A stretch of DNA of 64,000 bases from a virus: positions 3,331 to 67,330 of IMG/VR virus record IMGVR_UViG_3300019927_000044. One strand, 5' to 3'. Position 1 is the stretch's first letter. Every line of letters starts with the position of its first letter. The position numbers and the translations under genes are program-made. Under the pieces are notes generated by a model that worked only from the letters and a program-made list of their open reading frames with translations, searched no databases and was not told where the DNA came from. Shown piece after piece: positions 37,330 through 46,064 of the stretch.

Positions 37330-37584
37330 CACACCCGCCCGTCGAAATTGGTCAAGTGGGTAACATCTTTTTTATCGGGGTGCGGGGTGCATACACGCCT
37401 GCTCTGTGTCATTTTGATATCCCATATATAGCGACCCGCCGACACGTTTTGAGCCTCATTTTTTATTTTTTACAGATTTGACCCAAAATTGCCAGAATTT
37501 AGATTAGGGGGTTACAGCAACGTAAACATAAATTACAACTGTTATAAAAAAAAAAGAGTTGTAGGTCTTACAACATGTTGCTGC

Positions 37585-37821
37585 TCACTCGTGATGCATC
37601 CACCGCTCTGTCATAATTAGCAGCCGTCGCCAGTCGTGTATCCACGGATGTCGAGGGGAAACACCGTAGTCAAGTATTGGATACATTTCTGACACTTTTT
37701 TGCTAAAACGGCGCTGTTCTATGTCAGGGTGCTCAGACGCCAGCTTCGGTATGTCAACATTTCCGTCACTCTTGATAGCTCGTTTTGCTATCAACAATTT
37801 AATATTTGGGTTATTCGTCAT
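37585..37821 (-). CDS. Hypothetical protein (78 aa)
   Basis: Coupled to the HNH gene. Confidence 0.55.
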   Translation of the reverse strand: MTNNPNIKLLIAKRAIKSDGNVDIPKLASEHPDIEQRRFSKKVSEMYPILDYGVSPRHPWIHDWRRLLIMTERWMHHE

Positions 37822-38229
37822 TTAAATAGGTCCAGAATGTATTTTACCATGACACGTTTCGCACAGCGTTAACAAATTTCGACGTGTGTTCGTCCCGCCA
37901 CAGCCCAGCGGTACAATGTGGTGAATCGGTGCGCTCGCATCCACGTCAGACCCGCACCCTTGGCACGTATAGTCGTCCCGCTCTAAGACGTATTCTCGAA
38001 GTGCTTGCCAATCGTCATCACGTGGGTAATCCCGAAATCTGACATGGCCGAGGAAATCGTCGTATGGTTCTTGTTTCACCCATTCAGTTGTAGAAATTAC
38101 CCCAGCGTTGTCTCGTGACTTTGCACCACGGTACCATATTTGATTCGAGTCATCGTGATGCGTTGTCACGACCTCACCCTCTTCGACATTGTGGTAATAA
38201 ATATTACCGACACGTATTTTCTGACTCAT
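37822..38229 (-). CDS. HNH endonuclease, possibly packaging-associated
   Basis: ERDDYTCQGCG...IHHIVP...GGTN...NLLTLCETCHGKIH; near the terminase genes. Confidence 0.9.
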   Translation of the reverse strand: MSQKIRVGNIYYHNVEEGEVVTTHHDDSNQIWYRGAKSRDNAGVISTTEWVKQEPYDDFLGHVRFRDYPRDDDWQALREYVLERDDYTCQGCGSDVDASAPIHHIVPLGCGGTNTRRNLLTLCETCHGKIHSGPI

Positions 38230-38495
38230 AGTGGAATATCGTCACGGTCGTAGCCAGCCTGTTCCAGACGGCTAACTGCTCGCCGTCGTTCATCGAGGTT
38301 GGCAACAATTTCGTGCAATTCATCTCGCTGCTTCCGTATCGCTACTTTACGTTCCAGCCTTTCTTTCACAGCAGTGACATGACCCTCATTGATATCCGAC
38401 GTGTCACTAATTGGAACCATTACACGTTCTTCTTTCCCACCAGCAGTTACGTGAACAACTGCAATATGTTCAGTAACCACCTCAGTCCACGTCAT
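38226..38495 (-). CDS. Hypothetical protein (89 aa)
   Basis: Start MTWTEV. Confidence 0.6.
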   Translation of the reverse strand: MTWTEVVTEHIAVVHVTAGGKEERVMVPISDTSDINEGHVTAVKERLERKVAIRKQRDELHEIVANLDERRRAVSRLEQAGYDRDDIPL

Positions 38496-38556
38496 TGGTA
38501 ACAGCCCCATCCATATTATAATATAATAGCTGTAACTACTAAAGTGTTGTGGTACG

Positions 38557-38875
38557 CCACGACCCCGCCCTTCCTCTGGCCTGCAACGGAATCTTTCGAT
38601 TCCTTGCGTGGCCCGCAAGACGAGTCTTGCATGGCCATGTAGGGGTTGTCCTCTACAGGCCACGACTGATTTTCAATCAGTAGGGGCTCCCGACAGTAGC
38701 CAGTTTACTGAAAGCTTCTGAGACGACGCTGAAGCGGTTTGAATATCAGCATGACCAATACCACTCACTTTCTATTCAAACCGATTGAGCGTCGACTGTG
38801 GGCGACTGAGTATGGGTTGCTGGTGAGACAGTGGGCGTGATATAGAAGCCCCACTCAAAAAATGGGCGGTCGTGG
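38557..38875. ncRNA. Putative structured ncRNA D (~320 nt), strand unresolved
   Basis: Terminal helix CCACGACC/GGTCGTGG plus GCCC/GGGC; perfect 11-bp stem 38735-45/38773-83; several hairpins. Confidence 0.6.
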
Positions 38876-38969
38876 TGGGCGGACTACAAACGTGTCGTCC
38901 CCTCCGCAGACTATTACTGCGAATCATAACACTTAAGTTACTGGGACCGTTAGTAATATATACAGCAAT

Positions 38970-39566
38970 ATGACGGTGCCAGAACACCAGTTGGATAGAA
39001 GTGAAGGGAACGGTAGTAGTGCTGGTATTGATGATAAGTACGACGGAACCGAATACCAGTCAAAAGACAAACGTAGTGATACAAAGACGACATTTTACGA
39101 ACATGATATTGACTCACTTGAGGTCAGTCAGCGGCGAAAGCGGCAGTTAAAGCGTTCACTACGTCGACAGGAAGGTGAAGATTTCGGTGAAGGGACGACC
39201 AAAGACCGAAATTACCGCAGTCGGAAAAAGCAAAACCGTGAAGAATGGCGACGACGCATTGTCTTGACTTATGCATCGCAGGCAGAGCTAACTGATAGGC
39301 AGAAAGAGCGGTGTGTCCATTGGATGATGGATGTGCTTGAAATGACTTCATTTGGACCCTATTCGAAGGAGAAAATAGCCCTCGGTGTTGTTAACGTCGT
39401 CGGAAATAGTGAAGGCCGCATGCTTGAGGATGAAGAACTGTTTCAGGACCTGATGCGTGCGGCTGAAATAACGTTGGACGACAATGAGACACCAGACCAT
39501 GACACAATGGGCCGATTACGTGGTTTGGTACGTGACCGTATCCCAAGTCAAAAACTCGACGGATAA
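38970..39566 (+). CDS. TFB-like (single cyclin-fold) transcription factor
   Basis: TTF...KRSLRRQ...YASQAELTDRQKERC...YSKEKIALG parallels the TFB linker and first cyclin repeat; no Zn ribbon. Confidence 0.55.
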   Translation: MTVPEHQLDRSEGNGSSAGIDDKYDGTEYQSKDKRSDTKTTFYEHDIDSLEVSQRRKRQLKRSLRRQEGEDFGEGTTKDRNYRSRKKQNREEWRRRIVLTYASQAELTDRQKERCVHWMMDVLEMTSFGPYSKEKIALGVVNVVGNSEGRMLEDEELFQDLMRAAEITLDDNETPDHDTMGRLRGLVRDRIPSQKLDG

Positions 39567-39629
39567 TTTGTCAGTACGTTCCAGTGTGGAGAAGGCATCT
39601 TTGATGCTTGAACCACATGGGTCACTCTA

Positions 39630-40598
39630 TTGGGACCAGAGTGGCTGCCCATACTCGGCCATACCGTTTTTGATACTATGACTAACCTACGAGAACGAGT
39701 TGTTGATACGATACCAGACGACGTAGAGTTGTTCGAGCAAAACGGCGATGTGTATGGTCGGGACGAGCATGGGGAATTTATTTTAGACCCGCTTCGAGGT
39801 TCTGACGAGCCAGTTGAGGGCCGCTGTGGTGCGGTCTGTAAATTTACAATGGAGCGATATGGGCAGACCCGATACTGCACTGCAATGCCCGAATCTACGT
39901 TTGTAGATGATGGGTCAGACTTTTGCAGAAACCACAAATCGAGGGAAGCACTAATGGAACGAGCATACGAACTATTTGAACACGGTTACTTCGCACAGAA
40001 TTACGTCAATTTCGCACAGAAGCTTGATGCGGCAAAGTTTCTGTTTGCTGTAGAAATGGTTGGTGGGCTATTTGAAATGAGTACCCACGAATTTGAACTG
40101 CACGAAGAGCGTCGAAATATTGACACGAGTGATAGCAACCTTATTAACGAAGATTCGGTTGCTGTCGACCTTCCGCTTCCGACACAGAAAACGTTGGCAT
40201 TTCAGGCTAACGAACTGTGGACGGCGGCGCTAAAAGAGGTCATGACGCAGAATATGCAGGAAGCCATCTTTACAGACGGCATGGCTACTGAAACGATTTC
40301 TCAGACTGCTGATATGGAGGGGAAGATTACTGATACGAAAACAGAGTCGGTAGAACATCACCTCCATCTACCACTTTCTCGTGTTGCGAAAGATATCAAA
40401 AACCATCTTGAGAATGGTGGCGTTACTATCGATGACGACGATGGTGCTGGCGTGACGTTTGAGCAGCGTGAGTACACGCTGAACGTCGGGCCAGAAGATA
40501 ATGATGCAGAGGTCGATGATGTTGGAGAAGTCGCTTCAGACCTTACTGAGAAGCTGCAATCGGGTGCTGAGGAGATTGAGGTGGAGATTGATGGCTAA
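39630..40598 (+). CDS. terS: Terminase small subunit (probable)
   Basis: GRCGAVC...YC...FCRNH Cys/His motif; position before TerL; start probably MTNLRE. Confidence 0.6.
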   Translation: MGPEWLPILGHTVFDTMTNLRERVVDTIPDDVELFEQNGDVYGRDEHGEFILDPLRGSDEPVEGRCGAVCKFTMERYGQTRYCTAMPESTFVDDGSDFCRNHKSREALMERAYELFEHGYFAQNYVNFAQKLDAAKFLFAVEMVGGLFEMSTHEFELHEERRNIDTSDSNLINEDSVAVDLPLPTQKTLAFQANELWTAALKEVMTQNMQEAIFTDGMATETISQTADMEGKITDTKTESVEHHLHLPLSRVAKDIKNHLENGGVTIDDDDGAGVTFEQREYTLNVGPEDNDAEVDDVGEVASDLTEKLQSGAEEIEVEIDG

Positions 40599-40776
40599 TA
40601 GGGAAGATATTGTTGCGGCTGAATGGAACGATGCTGATGCAAGTGACCATCTTCCACAGCACCCAGACGACGTGAGTGAGCTATGGGATGCTGATAAAAT
40701 GGCGATTGTCAATTACGAAGATGGTCGACGTACGGGCGTTGTAACTGCTGAATATCCCATTTCGGTGAGACGATAA
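40591..40776 (+). CDS. Small hypothetical protein (61 aa)
   Basis: Coupled to TerL. Confidence 0.55.
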   Translation: MANREDIVAAEWNDADASDHLPQHPDDVSELWDADKMAIVNYEDGRRTGVVTAEYPISVRR

Positions 40777-42656
40777 TGTACGACGGTATGCCCGAGGAAC
40801 TTCGTGAACTACTCCCTCACGACATTCGTCTTTATATGCGAAATTTGTGGGTTCATCCCAACGACCCAACACGAAGTTACGATTTTTATGATGACGTTGG
40901 TCCAGCAGAAGATGAAGACGATGAAGAAGGGCAGTTTCTTCACTATCTTGCTGACGAAGATGGACCACTTGTTCCGAAAAATTGGGGCGATGTAGTTGTT
41001 CTTAATTTCGCTCGTGGGTGTCTAAAAACAACGACGGCGACTGCGGCTGCTGACTGGGGCGTGAGCCAGTTCCCCATGATTGAAGTTGACATTACTGCAC
41101 CGCGACAAGAGCAGTTCGGTGAAGTAATGGACAGATTTAAGGGGGCCGTCAAAAACAGCGGCATGGAAAAGCTACGGACGAAAGACAATATTAGTCACCA
41201 GAAGTTCGAGCGCGTACTTGAAGATGATAGCGGTGATACAATTAACGTCGAAGCTGACGTGAAGGCACGTTCTGCGTGGGGTAGCGGTGACGCACTTCGT
41301 GGACTGCACGGCCACTTCGGTATTATTGACGAGTTTCAGGACGTTGACGAATCGATGTTCTCAACGTTCCTTGAGGCAGTCGACCAGTCTGTTCCGCAAG
41401 TTCCGTATTTCCCGACGATTTTCATTATTGGAACGCCGAAGATGGCCAATTCGTTCTTCCATGACCTTTGGTCAATGTCGGACCAAAAGACGTGGAAACC
41501 GTACGAAGATAAAGATGGTGGCGAATGGGTCGAGCAAGACGAGCCAGACGAATTTATCCCACCCGAGCTTGCTGAACGGCGCGAGGAACTGCACGAAGAA
41601 GCAGATGAGTATATTGAATATTTGCATGGCGTTGCGAGAGAGGCTTACAATGAATGGCAGTCGCGTGATGATGCGCCACGAGATGTAGCTATTCCAGACG
41701 ACCTACAATCGATTGTTGCAGAAATCCAGAGCAAGCGTGAGGCTGCATCGTCTATTGAAGGTTATACTGTTACTGGCTGGCACATCGACCAGTATGCGTC
41801 CCCACTGCACGATGATGCAAAGATAGAATTTAAGCGCCAAAAATATACCGAAAAGAAGTTTAAAAACGAGGTGCTGGCAGAGTTTTACACGCCAGAAAAC
41901 GACCTGCTTGCCGACACGCACGTTAATGATGCATTTATTGACGACGCTGGCTTCACAAACAGACGGCAGTATGATGATAGCACTGTCGTGATGGGCGTTG
42001 ACTGGGGTGGTGGTAGTTCCGAAGATGCGTCAGATACTGTTATTGTCGTTGGTGAGCAAATCGGTGACGATGAGAGTGAGCGAATTGTAGTTCGGGATAT
42101 CGAATTCCTTGACCCAGACCTCAATAAGCAAGACGAATTGGACGAAGTTGAACAGCGCATACGTGACTATGAGGTTGACCGCATTGCGGTGGACGAGGGG
42201 TACGGCGCAAAGCAGCGTGAAGACCTGCAAGAAGGGAATAACATCTGGAACGATGATGGATGGGAGTCTGTATGTGGTATAATTTACGGCAACATCAAAG
42301 ATAAGGAAAAGCCGAAGTTTAGTGATTCAAGCTTTACTAACTCCGCATACTGTACTGTTGCCCGAACACACATGATTGAATCGATGGTCGACTACTTCAA
42401 AGATGGGCGGATTGAGATTCCCGCTGCGGATATGGATAACAACCGTGACGGGATGAAACAACAACTTATTGACCATTTGACTGCCCCGTACACTGATAGG
42501 ACAGAAACCAGTGGTGGGAAAAAGAAACTAAAAGTGATGGCTGACAGAAACGATGACGCGTTTCAGGCCTTCACGTATATGTACATCGCTGCTAAGAAAT
42601 TTGGCAGCACGAGAACGTTGACGAAAATTGGCAGCCATAATCGAACTGGATACTAA
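40776..42656 (+). CDS. terL: Terminase large subunit
   Basis: FARGCLKTT Walker A, GIIDEFQD Walker B, IGTPK, MGVDWG and NDDA nuclease motifs. Confidence 0.92.
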   Translation: MYDGMPEELRELLPHDIRLYMRNLWVHPNDPTRSYDFYDDVGPAEDEDDEEGQFLHYLADEDGPLVPKNWGDVVVLNFARGCLKTTTATAAADWGVSQFPMIEVDITAPRQEQFGEVMDRFKGAVKNSGMEKLRTKDNISHQKFERVLEDDSGDTINVEADVKARSAWGSGDALRGLHGHFGIIDEFQDVDESMFSTFLEAVDQSVPQVPYFPTIFIIGTPKMANSFFHDLWSMSDQKTWKPYEDKDGGEWVEQDEPDEFIPPELAERREELHEEADEYIEYLHGVAREAYNEWQSRDDAPRDVAIPDDLQSIVAEIQSKREAASSIEGYTVTGWHIDQYASPLHDDAKIEFKRQKYTEKKFKNEVLAEFYTPENDLLADTHVNDAFIDDAGFTNRRQYDDSTVVMGVDWGGGSSEDASDTVIVVGEQIGDDESERIVVRDIEFLDPDLNKQDELDEVEQRIRDYEVDRIAVDEGYGAKQREDLQEGNNIWNDDGWESVCGIIYGNIKDKEKPKFSDSSFTNSAYCTVARTHMIESMVDYFKDGRIEIPAADMDNNRDGMKQQLIDHLTAPYTDRTETSGGKKKLKVMADRNDDAFQAFTYMYIAAKKFGSTRTLTKIGSHNRTGY

Positions 42657-44332
42657 TGACAGAAGAATTTGATATTGGTGTCAGTGCAGAAACTGACGCT
42701 ACGACATCGTTTGAACTTGGACGTGTAGCAACACATCAGTATTCCGAACGCACTGCGGAGCGGACTGCTGGTGTTGGAACCGAAGAGGGTGACAGTGCCG
42801 ATGAAATTGACCCACGTCGGCTGATGGGCGACCCGACTGTTAATAAAATACGTTGGCTATATCGCACATCGCTGGCACAGACACTTGTCAATAAACCAGT
42901 CGATGATGCATTTAAAAATGGCTACGAAATAGAACACGACGGTAATCGTGACATTCAGTCGCTACTTGATGGTCTTGACTGGGAACAGCACTACAAAGAC
43001 GTGAAGAAAAAGGCACGTCGTGATGGATTTGCACTATCGTTCTTTGTTCTTGAGGATAATAGCGATGGTGTGTGGGAGGACCCAATGAAAGACGACGTGA
43101 CTGTTAGTTCTGTCAAAAAGCTTGAAATAGAGACACTTGACAGTCTTGCAACGTTTAAGGCCAGTCACGACGCTATTCCTGCGGGTGCTGATGCTGACCC
43201 ACTTGAAGGTCTTCCACACGACGACTATGAGATTCGTCCAACTGGTATTGTGATGGACACTGACCCCACATCTGAAACATACAAAGAACCACTTGGTTAT
43301 CTCATTGGTCCGAAAGACTGGATTGAGGAGCATGACCCGTCTGGTGTGAAATTCTATCATCGCAATCGCTTTATCCACCACGTTGAGAACCGTACCGTGG
43401 ATGGCGATATTAGCGATGATAGTCTGGGTCGCTGGGAAGGTGACAGCGTACTTGTCTCTTCGTATCATCTTCTTGACGGTATGAAGAAAGGTAACTGGGC
43501 GACAATGCAGACAGTATTCCGTTATGCTGCAAAGCTATACCACGTTGCCTTACCCGAAGACGCTGACGAAGACGACTGGGAGCAGGCCAATGAGAACATG
43601 CAGAATCTCAATGCCAAGTCAGAGCTTGTTACGCCAGCTGGCTACGAAATTGATGATTTCCAGACTGATGGTCAACTGGACCCAGAGCCGTACTTTGACG
43701 TGCTATTCGAGCAAGTCTGTGCGTCTAATGAGATGACCAAATCTGTTTTGTTTGGCACACAAAGCGGTACTGTCAGTGGGTCTGAAACTGATATCAAAAA
43801 TTACTTTAACAAAGTCGAGCGGATGCGTCATGGGTCTATTGACAGAGACATGCATAAATTTGTTAACAAGTCGATACAACTTGTTGACAATCGTGCAAGT
43901 AGCGATTACGACCTTGATTTTACAATTGAGTGGGGACCACTATTTCAGCTATCGCAGCTTGATAGGGCAGAGCAGCTATCCCGAACGATGGGGACGCTGG
44001 CCTCGGCTATCAATAACTTCATCCTGACGCCAGAAGAAGCCCGTGAGATTCTGAAAGAGGAGTGGGCTGACGTTGACATTGACTGGTCTGATAGTTTCAG
44101 TGAAGAAGAAACTGACTTCCTCAAAACGCTGAACATTGCCCAGCTTGGTACTGAGGCTGCATTACCAGACGGTGAGGGTGGCAGCGACGGAAATCCCGCT
44201 GTCGGGCAGAATGGTGGGGGCAACCCTCGCGGAAATACTATATCATCCGAACAACCAACGACTGATAACTTAAGCGATGAAGACAAAAGTGATATAGCAC
44301 GGAGAGTTGTGGAGATGATAGAAAATGAGTGA
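42656..44332 (+). CDS. Portal protein (DUF1073-like)
   Basis: Follows TerL; LVNKPVDDAFKNG, LFGTQSG...SETDIKNYF motifs. Confidence 0.88.
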   Translation: MTEEFDIGVSAETDATTSFELGRVATHQYSERTAERTAGVGTEEGDSADEIDPRRLMGDPTVNKIRWLYRTSLAQTLVNKPVDDAFKNGYEIEHDGNRDIQSLLDGLDWEQHYKDVKKKARRDGFALSFFVLEDNSDGVWEDPMKDDVTVSSVKKLEIETLDSLATFKASHDAIPAGADADPLEGLPHDDYEIRPTGIVMDTDPTSETYKEPLGYLIGPKDWIEEHDPSGVKFYHRNRFIHHVENRTVDGDISDDSLGRWEGDSVLVSSYHLLDGMKKGNWATMQTVFRYAAKLYHVALPEDADEDDWEQANENMQNLNAKSELVTPAGYEIDDFQTDGQLDPEPYFDVLFEQVCASNEMTKSVLFGTQSGTVSGSETDIKNYFNKVERMRHGSIDRDMHKFVNKSIQLVDNRASSDYDLDFTIEWGPLFQLSQLDRAEQLSRTMGTLASAINNFILTPEEAREILKEEWADVDIDWSDSFSEEETDFLKTLNIAQLGTEAALPDGEGGSDGNPAVGQNGGGNPRGNTISSEQPTTDNLSDEDKSDIARRVVEMIENE

Positions 44333-45092
44333 ATGTCCAAGTTGTGACAAAACTTTTCAAACTGATTCAGGAATGAAATCACACCACACGCAAGTACATA
44401 ATGAAAGTTTATGTATGATAGAAGTGGGCTGTGCAAATTGTAATGAACTATTTTCTGCCCACGAATATAAGATAGAACGTTCAGATAATTTGTTTTGTTC
44501 TCAAGAATGTCAGTCAGAATATAAAAAAGACAATGAATATTTACACCCTCCCACATATGAGGGTAAAGAACATCCACAATTTGATTCTACTAAAATAAAT
44601 TGTTGTTGATGTGATAAAATATATTTACAACATGATTATAAAATAGAACAAAATGAAAACAATTTTTGTTCTGTCGGTTGTCGTGCAGAATGGCAATCTG
44701 AAAACGTTGTAGGAGAATCACACCACCAATGGAGTGGTGGTAAAAATAAATATAACAAAGGTTGGGAAAGAAAAAGAATTAATGCAATAGTCCACTCTGA
44801 TGGAAGATGTAAATCGTGTGGAATATCAGAAAAAGAACATATTAATAAAAATGGTTTTGGTCTTCATGTTCATCATATAATACCATTAAAAGAGTTTGAT
44901 GACCAAAACAGAGCACATCAGTTAGATAATCTTATGCCCTTATGTATTAATTGCCATATGAGAGTAGAAAATTCTGGCGGGATGGAGCAAGGTCAGCAAA
45001 CGGCAAGTGAGCAGCCAGAAAATGACGGACTTTCGCGCCGAGACATTGACAGAATTGCAGAACGAACGGCAGAAATAATTCAAAACGAATGA
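44325..45092 (+). pseudogene. Zn-finger HNH endonuclease interrupted by an in-frame TGA (44607-09), fused to a duplicate portal C-terminus
   Basis: Frame continues after TGA to GRCKSCG...HVHHIIP...NLMPLCINCH, then SEQPENDGLS...EIIQNE*. Confidence 0.85.
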
Positions 45093-45148
45093 CACAGAAT
45101 GTTACATTAATATTAAAATGATAACAATTATTTGTCATTACGGTATAT

Positions 45149-45472
45149 ATGAGGAGTAACACAATGGGAGAATCATTCACAGTTTCGGAAGGCGACGTTC
45201 CTGATGGTGACGACTTTGTTGCGACAAAAGAAGGGCAGAATACAGAGTTTGTCGCAAAGTCTTTTGTACTTGGTGGAGAATTTGAAATTTATTGGGAACG
45301 TGATACGGATGGTGATGGAAACTATGAAGTGTCGGTGCTGCTTGATACGTTAGGGCAGGGCATTTCAACTGGTAATGATATCCCAGTTGATGAGTTTTTC
45401 CGCTCACGACTTCGATGTAAAAATGTTAGTGGCGATACCGCAGATATTAGTGTTATGGGGGAACGTTTATGA
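45149..45472 (+). CDS. Hypothetical virion-region protein
   Basis: Acidic beta-rich ORF between portal and protease. Confidence 0.65.
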   Translation: MRSNTMGESFTVSEGDVPDGDDFVATKEGQNTEFVAKSFVLGGEFEIYWERDTDGDGNYEVSVLLDTLGQGISTGNDIPVDEFFRSRLRCKNVSGDTADISVMGERL

Positions 45473-46002
45473 GTGGGCTTAATCCAACTGGTCTGGGTAA
45501 TACTGAAAACTTTTCTAACGTAAAAGCTGAATCGGTTAATGCAGAGCAATCATCTCTTAAAAACGTATCATCTGAAATAATTTCAAAAAATTTAAAAACT
45601 GATATTGATGTTAATGAATATGAATTTATTTCTATTTTAATCAAAAATCTTTATTCTGGTAATAATGAAAATATTATATTTCGTATAAATAATAATACAA
45701 ATAAAATATATAATAATATTTTTGAATACGGTTCATCAGTTAAAAATTATTGGGTTGTGGCTTCAAACACGTCTTCTGAAAATCGTTATTCTGGAAAAAT
45801 AGATATATTTTCAGGAGATAATATTAATGGCAATTCTCCTATAACAATTTCTAATCATGGAAATTTAAAAAAAGTTAATAACACTAAAATAAAAAATGGA
45901 CACACAACAAATAATGTTAGTATGAATTCCATTCAAATCAATACAACTGGTACAGAAAACTTATCATCAACAAAATTTGTTGTCATAGGTTATAAATATT
46001 AA
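45469..46002 (+). CDS. Very AT-rich, Asn/Ile/Lys-rich fibre-like protein
   Basis: NFSNVKAESVN resembles NFGNVTADSVN in the 61018 fibre. Confidence 0.65.
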   Translation: MSGLNPTGLGNTENFSNVKAESVNAEQSSLKNVSSEIISKNLKTDIDVNEYEFISILIKNLYSGNNENIIFRINNNTNKIYNNIFEYGSSVKNYWVVASNTSSENRYSGKIDIFSGDNINGNSPITISNHGNLKKVNNTKIKNGHTTNNVSMNSIQINTTGTENLSSTKFVVIGYKY

Positions 46003-46064
46003 AAAAAAATATTTGACAGAATATATTACCTGTCAGTACGATATAAACGAGACAGGTTGCTTCT

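Larger units (their letters stand above)
32006..37508 (+). repeat. Dispersed 18-bp motif GCCAGAAWTYAGATTAGS, five co-oriented copies
   Basis: 32006-23, 33040-57, 33096-113, 35922-39, 37491-508; all intergenic. Confidence 0.9.

Noticed and set aside
33553-37508. CRISPR or TIGR-like array in the repeat-rich early region
   Set aside because: The repeats are separated by whole genes at irregular spacing; there are no constant-length spacers, box C/D periodicity, or cas/Nop-domain genes.
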